A stretch of 59,364 nt of DNA, filler included, from Trichosphaerium sp. ATCC 40318 (lineage: Eukaryota; Protista; Tubulinea), in assembly GCA_038496445.1 (NCBI GenBank). It is 3 parts of 3 records of this genome, joined end to end, with 100 filler letters (N's around TTAATTAATTAA, not from the genome) between each part and the next. Parts side by side here need not be neighbours in the genome. Positions count along the whole stretch, not along the records: positions 1 to 30,849 come from JALMLS010000128.1; 2 more parts are not named here. One strand, given 5' to 3'. How positions within the stretch are numbered: position 1 is the first letter of the stretch; the number at the start of each line of letters is the position of its first letter. The notes beneath the pieces were generated by a model, which did not search any database, was not told the DNA's origin, and worked only from the letters and a program-made list of their open reading frames with translations. This document shows, piece by piece, positions 1 to 10,417 of this stretch. The position numbers and the translations under genes are program-made.

Positions 1-313
1 CACAAAGGGAGACAACTGGGTTATGGTGCTCAGTTGCCGCTAGGCTCTGCCCCAAACCCCCTTGAATGCCTTAACTTTGTATACTAAATAAATTTCGGGG
101 GTCTTCTAAATAGTTCCTATGGCATAATATAGGATAGTTAGTGTGCCGAATTTTCGACTTTTTTTTGACAAAGTTCTACATATTTTGTGGCACATGTGCA
201 ACTGAGTTACAAATAAACATAACCAAACAATTGATTCATTCACTCGAGCCGTTTATTTTTAGTGACTTTTAGAAGCTTTCTGAAACCCCTCCCACGTTCT
301 CCAGGTTATCAAA

Positions 314-1823
314 ATGGCGAAAAGATCCCTCGTTGGTTTTGTAAAGCGATTTGTACGTCCGAAATCACGAAAAGTTGAATCTACACCATTAATGGAGGTA
401 AGCAAGCTTCAGTAAACGTTTATAGCGTAACGCGCATTTTGGTTCCTTTTTTTGTACAAAACGCGTTTTGACGCCGTTTTTCATACTAAATAACTGTAGG
501 ACACTCTAACAGCGTATTTACCGCCAGAATTAACTGAAAAAGTGGTGACGTTCCTAAACGCTCACTCTCTTCTTATGTTTTCAACCACATGCAAAGTGTA
601 GTACGTAAAAACCTCATATAAAACCTTGTGTTGTTTTTTTTTACTAATTTTAGCTCTGAAGCAACGTTTTTGCTTCAAGCGACGTTATTTGGCGTCAACT
701 CATACAGAACTCTTTTGAAATAGATACAAGCTCTGTACAGAGTACTGTAGAATCATGGAAGTCGTATTACAAGAGACTGCGTAAATGTAATGGGATGTAT
801 GAGGGTTATTGCACTTACAATGCTCCTTATTTGCATTATCACATGGGTGCTTTGATTTGTTGTGATGACGTAACAGAACAATGGAGCGGCAACTTTTTTT
901 GGGCTTACTTCACAATATCTAACGGAATTTCTCCATGTAAGGCAAAGTCTTGTGTCGAACAAAGGAGGCTTGAAACTGAAGAACAGGAGAGATAGTACGA
1001 ACATTTCGTTTCTTTTTTTTTTCCTTTTTTTTCTTGTTTTTTTTTCCTTTGACTGAACATGTGTTTTGTATTGGAGATTTAATTTATTGTTTAGTATTGT
1101 TGAACACCGCTTATGTGAAGGTACAGGTATAAATATACCCACCTATTATGTCTTGAAATCATTTGGAGAAGGGTCTATAATTATGGGAACTTATTGGGTA
1201 TCACTATATGCGCCACAATATTTATACTTAGTACACACTGATGTTACACATTCACCAGAGCTTTTCTTACAATATCTACATGGTACGTACTAATAGTATA
1301 ACATGTTTGAGTAATCAAAGCCTACAGTTAAGACCAAGCTCGCAACACTGATCTCCATGTGGTTTTAAAATGTGTTACTTGCTTTGTTATTTACTAATTG
1401 AGAAATTTCTTTATAGGTGTAGAGTTTAATCAATCACTTGTTTTCAAAGGAACTGCCGTCATTGCAGTGGTTGAAGATACAACAGGGCCTAAAAATAGTT
1501 ATGTGGATTCTAAGCTTGAAGTAACTTCACTCATTCTTGATAAATCTGGTAGTGTCGATCATTGTGATTACATTGATTATCACTTATCAAATATTACTGC
1601 AAGCTATTCAGTAGGTACAACAGAAATACAGTTAAAAGGATATTTTGTGGAGCGTAATTATAAGGTACTGCAAGAGCATAAAGTTGGTGAGTACGCCACA
1701 CTTAAACCAACAAACAAACGTCATTTCCTGGTTTTTGAGAATTACTTATTCTGGATTCGTGGAAGAAAACTATTTGGTTTTAAAGAGAAAGCAGAATGTT
1801 GTTTTCTAGAACTAGACATGTAG
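314..1823 (+). CDS. F-box domain protein (spliced)
   Basis: ATG at 314; exon 2 reads DTLTAYLPPELTEKVVTFLNAHSLLMFSTTCK, an F-box consensus; later exons overlap ORFs 795-995, 1066-1293 and 1398-1823; GT-AG introns. Confidence 0.7.
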
Positions 1824-2247
1824 ATAAACTAAATAAAAGTGGCAGAATTTGGCAGTTATTAAGGATATATGTTCTATTGAAGTCCTACGTATTGGTGCAA
1901 TATAGCTTCTATCGAGCGTTTGAAAGGAGTTGACAAAACCGCCTGCACACAATTTGCGATAGCGAGCAGTAAATCAATTGATAGCCCACATCCCTTAAAT
2001 CCTAATCTTTTTTCTGTTCCATCAACATTCCGAGGATTTAAAATTTTTAAATATGTAGTGCACACTTGCATGTTCTTGTTGGCTAGTAAACAACACATCA
2101 AGGGATGTAATAGAGCCACTAAACGTTGTAGTCTTCCCCTCATTATTTCTTAAGAAGAGTGTGTAGGGTAGGAGAATGAGAGGTTTCTAATAAATCAGAA
2201 ATTGGGTAAAAAAGCCTTTGGGTTACTTTATTTAATACAAAGATTTA

Positions 2248-4284
2248 TTAAAACCCAGGCAGCCACGGTTGCAGGGCTTTTCCACCACCTTATTGGCAAC
2301 AGTAAGTAAGTATGATAAATTAAAGTTTAGTATTGGTGAATTTAAAAACAATTGGATGTCAAAAAACCTGATTGTTCGTACCAGCACCAAGCTTGCCATT
2401 CGAATCTTTTACTGTCTGATAAATATCATAATTCCAGCTGTCGACAACACAAAGATTCATGAATATTCTATCCATATCTATTTGATGGCAGTAAGCACAA
2501 GAATGTGGCTGATGAGTTTGTGTATTCAAAAATATGTTTAAAATATTCGGTACCACGTGACCATGGGTTATCACGACTTCTTTCCCAGAAAGGAAAACCC
2601 CATTCCTTTTCAAATTCAACCATCAAATCTCCATTTGGAGAGTACTCAGTCTCGATAGCATACACAGACCAACCTTAGAAAAAATAATAGGCAGTTTGTA
2701 AACATCACAAAAACAGTACCTGTACTGTCCACAAGATATGCACCATAGTTCTGAAACGTCCAAGCAAGCATTTTGGCGGGTTCTGTTTCAAATCCTATTT
2801 TATCAATATCAAAGGTTCTATTGAGAGCTAAAAGCGCTCCCATCCTGAACTCAATGTTAGGGTTTTTTTCGTGTTTTTTTCTCAAGTTTTTGTTTAATTG
2901 TATGTAACATACTTTAAAGCAGGTACAACTCCTTTGTAGCAACCTGGAGCGCAACTATCTGCTTTTATCGCTGGCCATCTGAATGACATCTTTTTTGAGC
3001 CTCCACTGTATGTGTTGGCAGAGCTTTGCAAGTTGACTTTAAGTACATGTCTGATGCCATCTTTGTTACTCTTTACAAGTTCTCCCAACCTTAACGTTCC
3101 TAAATACACTTCTTTAACAAGCATTGAAATGCAAAAGAACAGTATCAAGTCATTTTGTTGAATTTAAAAGGCACGGTTGAAATTCCAAAATTTTCAATTT
3201 TTCAGAGAATATCGTTTCGTGCATTTAGTTATGAAGAAATAAAGTGTTATGATAAAATGCTGCCTTTTTGGCGCTGTCATTGGAGTATTGCTGTTGATAA
3301 CAACAAGCGCCTGTATAGCTCAATTGGCAGAGCAGTGGTTTTCTAAGCCATTGGTTGCAGGTTCAATCCCTGCTACAGGCTTACAATAGTTTTTGTAGAT
3401 GCCTGCAAAAGTATGCAAAATAAATCTAAAGTGCAACAAAAGGCCGATCAAGTTCAACAAAAGTCGATCAAGGTATGTAAATCGCTTGAGTCAAAGTTTC
3501 GTATGTTCTCCAACAGCTCAAAAAAAAAGTAAACACTTGCCTCCAATGCCTGAAAGTCCAGATCCTCCGTGAGCTCCGGTAATACCTTCTCCTCTTATAC
3601 TCACATTACTGAACATGTACTTCGAAGTTGCAGGTTTATCAGATGCACATCGAGCGAGGGGTTGACTTTGAACAATCGTATCTCCATCTGGCATGAGAAA
3701 GGCACCTAACAAAAAACAAGTTTAACGTTTCACAACAAAAAACGGTTAAAAACACGTGCGGCTTTTATTCGCAGCGATAATGTTTTATGGTACTCACCCG
3801 CATTGTTAGGCGTCTGTGGTAGTGGATCAGGTATGACGAAATCAGAAGGAACAGGTGCACGAAAAAGTTGACCACCTGTTGGTGAACATCGACTCACGTT
3901 TTTATTCCAACCAGCTAAAAAAACAGAAGATTACATTACGTTGTCTTGTTGCGATAGTGCCGCAAGTATGCGTTACCGTTTGAGTAATAAAATGTAGTTA
4001 ACGGTGCGTTTGGCGTCAATATAATTACATCAGGATCTGGTGTCATTCCTTGAGCAGTAGGACGCTGTATTTGTCCAAATACATACTTTGCATCTGAGAT
4101 TTAAAACAAAACCGTTAAACTGCTAAATTATTGCGATTACAGTCTATCAATGCGTACCAGAGCCAAGTGGAAGGTTCCATATCGAATAACTTGCGAACGG
4201 ATGCGTTAGAGGGTTTCTTGAAGCACATACCGCAAAGCAGAAACTGAGAACAAGCACAAGGGATATACAGCTGTTCAGCGCCAT
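2248..4284 (-). CDS. Secreted protein resembling an uncharacterised bacterial family (spliced)
   Basis: Signal peptide MALNSCISLVLVLSFCFAVCAS, then PFASYSIWNLPLGS, GAHGGSGLSGIGGTLRLGEL, IRHVLKVNL, FRWPAIKAD, MGALLAL, QNYGAYLVD and a GGGKALQPWLPGF* end; exons join in frame. Confidence 0.75.
3309..3381 (+). tRNA. tRNA gene, anticodon TCT (nominally Arg), atypical body
   Basis: Cloverleaf: acceptor GCCTGTA/TACAGGC, D stem GCTC/GAGC, anticodon stem GTGGT/GCCAT with loop TTTCTAA, T arm GCAGG-TTCAATC-CCTGC; T5 run at 3390-3394. Confidence 0.85.
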
Positions 4285-4492
4285 ACTTGATTTCGACAAT
4301 ATCTCAATTGACTGTTCAAGTACTGATTTTGTTGGTTACAGATCCTTCTTCCAGATACAAGACAAGTGCACGTGACTTGCTAAAATAACAACTTATTTCC
4401 ACAACGCTAAATCGATACGCAAGGTGCAAGTTGTGAGGCAGCTTTTTTGGCCCTTTAACAGTACTCATTTTATTAATTTGTAGAAGGTCCAG

Positions 4493-5084
4493 TTATTTAC
4501 ATTTTAATCTGTCATATCCGTTATTGAATAGTACTACGACTTGACGTTCAATATTGCATCCTTGTTTCTTGCCCTTGATATAGGTACAATGTTCCACCAA
4601 TTCACCATTAATCTGCCATGACTTGTATTCTCCTTCACGTTCCCCATTAACAAAATTACATTTCATCTCAAGCTGACCATTTGTGGTGTACCAACTCTTG
4701 TACTCTCCATCTCGTTTGTCATTAATATAGTAAGCTTGCTCAACCAACCTAGGCTTATTTCCCATATGCATATGCCAGCACTTGTGTTGTCCATGTTTTT
4801 TACCACAACTCCATAATTCGTGTTTAATATGGTATTTTGCATTTTGAATCCACTTTCCATGTTTGTTCAACTCGCTATCAAACCTAGTAGACATTGCTGC
4901 TCGTTTCGATAATAGGGGCAACTTTATGTATATTTCTTCGTCTAAATCCATGATATCTAACAGTAATTCCACTGGAAGCTGTAATAGACCAAGTAACTCT
5001 TGTTGCTTTACAGGTATCTATAAACAATTTAGCGATTTAAAAAGACCTTTTGCTTTAAACACGTACCCTACGTTTTGTTGACAT
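4493..5084 (-). CDS. F-box-like + MORN-variant repeat protein
   Basis: MSTKRR, intron 5066-5018, then LLQLPVELLLDIMDL..LLSKRAA..TRFD followed by G.Y.SWY.NGQL repeats. Confidence 0.8.
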
Positions 5085-5358
5085 TGTTTAAACTAGTAAA
5101 ACTTTGTTTAATAGATAAATAGGTAGTTGATACAACAGTTATTTTTGGATGACAAACGTTGCACTGTCTGAGATTGTTTCGTGATATTAACTTAACATAT
5201 TTACAAGTTAAGTTGACGTGTTCTTTAAAAAGTATGCTTTGTTTACCCACGTGATTCGAATGAAAGACAGTGTTTTGTGAATACATACTCATGTCAAAGA
5301 AGGTTGGTCTTTGCTTGGAAATGAGTTTTATTGGAGGTGAGAGCAGTAAATCAACAAT

Positions 5359-5697
5359 TTACTTTTTCTCTTGCGGCGGCATCGCTTTTGGCGACGGCTT
5401 TTTGGCTTTAAGGCTTAGTTTTGATTTACCAGAAGTCCTGTGCTTCATACGCGTTACTCTCGGTTTCGCAAGGTTATCTCCCGATTTGCCAGATGTCTGA
5501 TGAGACATACGACGCCGTAGAGGTCTTGGTTTGGGTTTTGGTTTAACTTGACCAAAAACGTCTTCTCCTGATTTGCCAGATGTCCGGTGCGCCATACGCT
5601 TCACGTTACGTCTCTTGTCGTCCTTTGGGGCCACAACTTTATCACGCACTTTACCGGACGTATAGTGCGCCATACGCCTTACTGGTGGGTTAGACAT
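5359..5697 (-). CDS. Small, very basic protein with four RMxHxTSGK repeats
   Basis: Intronless 112-aa ORF with RRMAHYTSGK, KRMAHRTSGK, RRMSHQTSGK, TRMKHRTSGK; the motif is kept despite nucleotide variation; AATAAA follows the stop. Confidence 0.7.
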   Translation of the reverse strand: MSNPPVRRMAHYTSGKVRDKVVAPKDDKRRNVKRMAHRTSGKSGEDVFGQVKPKPKPRPLRRRMSHQTSGKSGDNLAKPRVTRMKHRTSGKSKLSLKAKKPSPKAMPPQEKK

Positions 5698-6028
5698 CCT
5701 AGATAGTACTTTTGAGAGCTACTGTAATTTTCACAGCCAAAACCGTAAACCGAATGACCGTTTAAGTTATGCCAACTATCACGTGACTGTTGTTTTGTTA
5801 ACCCCAAAGACAAAAAAGTAGTGCAAACACACGCAAGGACGGCCCTTTGCATCAAAAAGTAGGTTCGACATTTCACTTGATTTCTCTACGTTAATGTGCA
5901 GCACACTTATTTTAATACCAAGGTAACTTTAACAGCACCCCTGTAAATGATTATTTTATTATTGTAGATGATGTAGTTAGAGATGGTATTGGAAACTGAA
6001 ATCATCTCTAACAATGACAAGTACAACC

Positions 6029-6764
6029 TTATAATTTGCCCAAGTACTCAACAATATCACTATGTCCGTTCACACGAGCAATATCGATAGCAGTAGCACC
6101 ATCGAGGTGATGCATTGGTACGTTGACATCGAGGTCTACAACAAAAATCACGTTTTGAATTTCTTTCAAAAAAAAAGAAGCAAACTGTACCGTTCACATT
6201 TTCTACGAGGTATTTTACTACTTCTAAGCTACCTCCAAGGCAAGCCCACTGTAGTGGCGTACCACCAAAACCAATAACTTGCTTTGTAGCGGCTGAAGGA
6301 TGGTATACACCAAGTTCAGTGTTAAAGGCAATTGTAGCAGTGTAAGGTTCATGGTAGTTGCCTAAACGAGCGTAAAAATGGAGTTTTAAGGCCTCGTTTA
6401 CTGGTTCGTACCATAAAAGATCCAATCGTTGTACACATGTGGTTTGTTTGGGTCTGTGTACGAAGCGGAATCTTTGTCTAGAAGGTCAGAGCGTTGCTTC
6501 GCTACCAATTCAACCAAACCTAAGCGTGTAAATAGCGGAGTGTAATACGCAGGTAGGTCTTTTAAGTATTTAGCATGCCTTTGAAGCATTGTTTGACGAT
6601 TGACCTTGCAAAGCGTTAGCGCACGACGGACGCTCGCTAAAACGTACTCTGGCTTTGTTACGCCTGGTGTAAGCGACGTGAATGGTTTTGAAGTCTAAAA
6701 GTAAGGATAAGCTTTCTTTTGTTCGTTTTATCAATTACTGTTGGTTTACCTCCACTGCTGCCAT
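6029..6764 (-). CDS. Ankyrin-repeat protein, apparent frameshift near 6425 (pseudogene or sequencing error)
   Basis: GGTPLQWACLGGSLEVVKYLVE and GATAIDIARVNGHSDIVEYL ankyrin motifs; ORFs 6398-6589 and 6060-6425 overlap in different frames with no obvious intron. Confidence 0.6.
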
Positions 6765-7214
6765 AGTTGTTTGCCGTTTTGTAAAGGCTCGATTTGTTAA
6801 CTGAATTATATTTAACCAGCTGTCATTCATCACCACTTGTTGTTTCAGTCAAGATCGACATAGTCCTTCTCTAACTGTTTTTTTTAAGGTGTTTCAAATC
6901 ACCTTAGAGGTGAACTCAATTTTTCAGTTTGTCATTGCTCATATATCGAATCTTTTTCTGATTATCTGGCTCTATTCCCTAGTTTGTAATCTTCTCATGT
7001 CGAAAGCGTTTCTCCTCCTTATTGAGGACAGGTTACGCCTTTAATACACGACGTGTATTTCGGAGGAATGCCTTAGCAAGACTAAGTAAATATTAAGTAA
7101 GAGGTAAAAATCCAAATCGGGAATAGCAACGACGTGCAATAGCGTAAGTAATAACGCAACGCAAATATGACTATTCACGCCATATTACTAGCTCGTACGG
7201 TATTTATAAAACAA

Positions 7215-9940
7215 ATGAAGCGCCACCTTAAAACTTTTTGTTTACGTACCTACTTAGTTCTATTCGCTATATGTACTGCTCACGTACACAGTGCACATGA
7301 AGAACTCGACGGTAAATAGGTTTTCGTACTTTTACCTATTTAGAATTGAATTCGATTGATATTTATTCTACACGCATTGTAATAGTCGTAACCGTTGTTT
7401 TAGGGTTTGTTTGTGGTGAAAATTTTAAACATACTGAAATAGAGTATGACGAACCTCCAGTACCAACAACTCATTCAAGATCGTCTAAAAGGTATGTTTG
7501 TCATATTTTAATATTTTATGGAGTAACTGTACACTTTACATAACATACGACGTACTAACTATCCATAAGATCATCAGGTTCATGCATGACATTCGTTATA
7601 AACTTTGGCGCGGGTATTAACCTTGTACGCGACGTCTACTGTTTGCAGTAATACTTTGGCTCTAATCTCTCATTACTAGCCTGAAAACGCTGGTATGAAA
7701 GCAACAGTACAGCTGGGAGCTGATATATGGGTACACAATCTTTACAAAGAAATCCGTAACAACAGTTGATAGTCATCCGCCATCATCAGCGATAGGACAA
7801 TATATTTGGACATGGAGGCAAGGGATGACTTTAGTTCTTCCAGCACTATCGGTTCAGCAAGTACTAGCATAACATCATTTGGTGGCAATGCTCCTATTGT
7901 ATTGTACGTTTTACGCTACTATTGACGCATATTTACACTTTTCAAAAGGGCTTATCTTGAAGCACATAATAATGCCACTTATCCTGCGGATATGACTGCA
8001 TTCGATGGTATTCTTCCTCCTGTAAGTACTACAACTTTTATTTTTACAACGGTTGGCTTCTAGAAGTAGTAACCCGATTCAAAACCATTTTCCTGCGCGT
8101 TTTTATTACTAACTGCGTTTACGCCCGGTACAGTTCAAATCGTTCAAATAGACCTGTAATTCTACTTTTTTTTCCCACACGTGTTGAAACTGCACATTTT
8201 ATGAGCGAAATGAAACGTAAGCTCATTGTGTGGGAAAAAAAAAAGTAGATGTGAACGAATAGCACTGTATCTGTAATTTTCCTTTTTCTCTTCTCTATCA
8301 TTCTCCTTTGGTTCTGTTCTTATCTTGCTCCTAGGGTTTTACAATAGACCCAACCAGAATATCACTCACAAGAGCTAATAGAAAAGTAATCGATCCAGAC
8401 TATCAAATTACCTCCACTTTTAGAGATTCATCAATTTCGTTCAATACAGAGTTTTTCTTTGATACAGACTTAAGTGATGGTCTCACAGGGGTATGTCGCA
8501 TATATACAAATCCACTTGTGGTCTTTTTTTTGCTTTCTAAGCTGTTGCCAAGTGACTTCATTTGAACTTAAAGTCGTTGTTGATCGTTTTTGCTTAGGGT
8601 TCTATGAATTTACTTGCGGTTGTTGTTCATGAGATTGGACATGCTCTAGGTTTTACATCAGCACTTCAATCCGGTATATATACACATACTGCAAGAGCTG
8701 AGACAATAGCTAACTATCGTTGTTGTTTTAGTTGATGCTGCACTAGACGATGCAAGAAACCTAACAAATATTCGAATGAGGCCATATGATTTAATGAGAG
8801 TTCAATTAAGTAGCAGCTCTGCATTTGAAACAGCTGATAGACAGTGGACACCTGGTACAAAGAATGATTTAGCAGGCTTAACAGCATTAAGTTCACTAAC
8901 GTTTTAAAAGGTAATGTAGCTCACTATTTCGATCCAACGTCTGATACTGTATCTACTGCAACTTATTCCACAGGTGTTAGTCAAGGAGACGGACGACAAA
9001 CTTCTCATTGGAAGGTACCAAATCAAATTTATAAAAATGCTTCAAAGACATTATTGTAGATAGTGCCTACTCAATAAAACGATTTTAGGATGCTAGGGCC
9101 ATAGGTATTATGGATCCTACACTTTCAAGAAATAGGATAATAGGTATATCTACCACTGACATATCAGCACTGAGTGGTATGGGATATGTTATAAATCGTA
9201 AGTTAAACCTTTCCATCTACTTTATAACAAACTCATTTTTTTTCTTCTCATTTTAGCGGCGCTAAAGCCATATCTTGTTTATATGCAAGCAAATGAAGGT
9301 GACCCAGGTGATGAGTTTCAGATTTGGGGTTATTTCTTTTTTGGTAATGTAACTTGCGACTTTGGTATTGCTGGTTCTACTGTTGCACAGAAAGATATTG
9401 AGTCTGGGGTCATTGTATGTCAACGAACATTTTTAGTTAATTTTTATTCAATCGATTTGTTACTAGCTTTGTACTGTTCCAAGTCCAGAAGTATCATACA
9501 ATGGTACCATGGTTGTTACCTCAGATACAGGAACCTCTGACGAAAGACCATTTGTTATCAATGTTCCCTTACCACCTCCAACAACAGAAGCACCAACACC
9601 ACCAGTTATCCCCTCAACGGCTGCCCCTACAACACTTCCTCCAACAACACTTCCTCCAACAACGCTCTCACCTACAACGGCTCCCCCTACAACGCTTCCT
9701 CCAACTACACTTCCTCCAACAACGCTCTCACCCACAACGGCTGCCCCTACAACACTGCCTCCAACAACAGTGCCACCTACAGCGCCAACGCCTGAACCTA
9801 CCCAGGCTATCCCTACGCCAGCGCCGACATCACCAGTTGCGCCTTCAATAAATCGAATACGGTCTAATGCATATCGTATATCAACAATAGCTTTGAATAC
9901 TATTGTTGTATTGAATGTACTTTGTTATTTATTCTTGTAA
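7215..9940 (+). CDS. Secreted, probably GPI-anchored zinc metalloprotease (NF038122-like) with Pro/Thr-rich stalk
   Basis: Signal peptide; VVVHEIGHALGFTS (about 8620-8660); GDGRQTSHWK; GIMDPTL; DISALSGMGY; PTTLP repeats 9570-9840; hydrophobic C-terminus with no cytosolic tail. Confidence 0.75.
9615..9790 (+). repeat. 15-bp coding tandem repeat (PTT[L/A][P/S]) forming a mucin-like stalk
   Basis: Repeated CCaACAACaCTTCCT-type units, seen directly. Confidence 0.9.
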
Positions 9941-10417
9941 CTCCAAAAATAAAAATCTGCTATTGGAATTAGGTTCCATGTTGGTGACAACGAAATCACC
10001 TTTGCTTACGTCTTGGTGCTCCAATAGATCCAAATCTTCAGAGGCATTCCAATTCAATCGCTGGAGAGCAAATAAGTTGTTGAGGTCCAATGAGTGACCA
10101 ACAATATAAAGGCAACTTGTAATAACATGCATTTTAGAAACAAAAAAATTCACTCTCATAGCAGCAATAGACAGCCGAGGAAATCCTCTAACGCATCCCA
10201 TTCTCAAGTAATTCGATTTGGAACCTTGAACTTGGCTCTGGTACTCTTTGTTTTGATCGAAAAGGAAAAACGTTTTGCATGTGTCCGGTTTCACGAGAAC
10301 GTGTCTGAAAAACGGGGATAAAAAAACTTTTTAGCGAGTTTTCTGTGAGTTCTCACTTAAAAAAGTCCACGCATTTCTCACCATGATCAAAAAAAACCAC
10401 CGTAAATACACAAAATG

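Noticed and set aside
1-210. Short inverted and direct repeats (CTCAGTTGC/GCAACTGAG) suggesting a MITE
   Set aside because: Only 9 bp, no clear TSD, and truncated by the window edge.
3336-3352. Reading the tRNA as an amber (CUA) suppressor
   Set aside because: Stem pairing centres the 7-nt loop on TCT; shifting to CTA breaks the stem.
4493-6764. Endogenous giant-virus segment (MORN, ankyrin and basic protein genes)
   Set aside because: No NCLDV core genes seen; two of the three genes have host-type introns and the family members are interspersed with housekeeping genes.
9463-9851. ORFs 9463-9735 (-), 9501-9851 (+), 21145-21444 (+) and 22715-23152 (+)
   Set aside because: Shadow frames of repetitive coding sequence.
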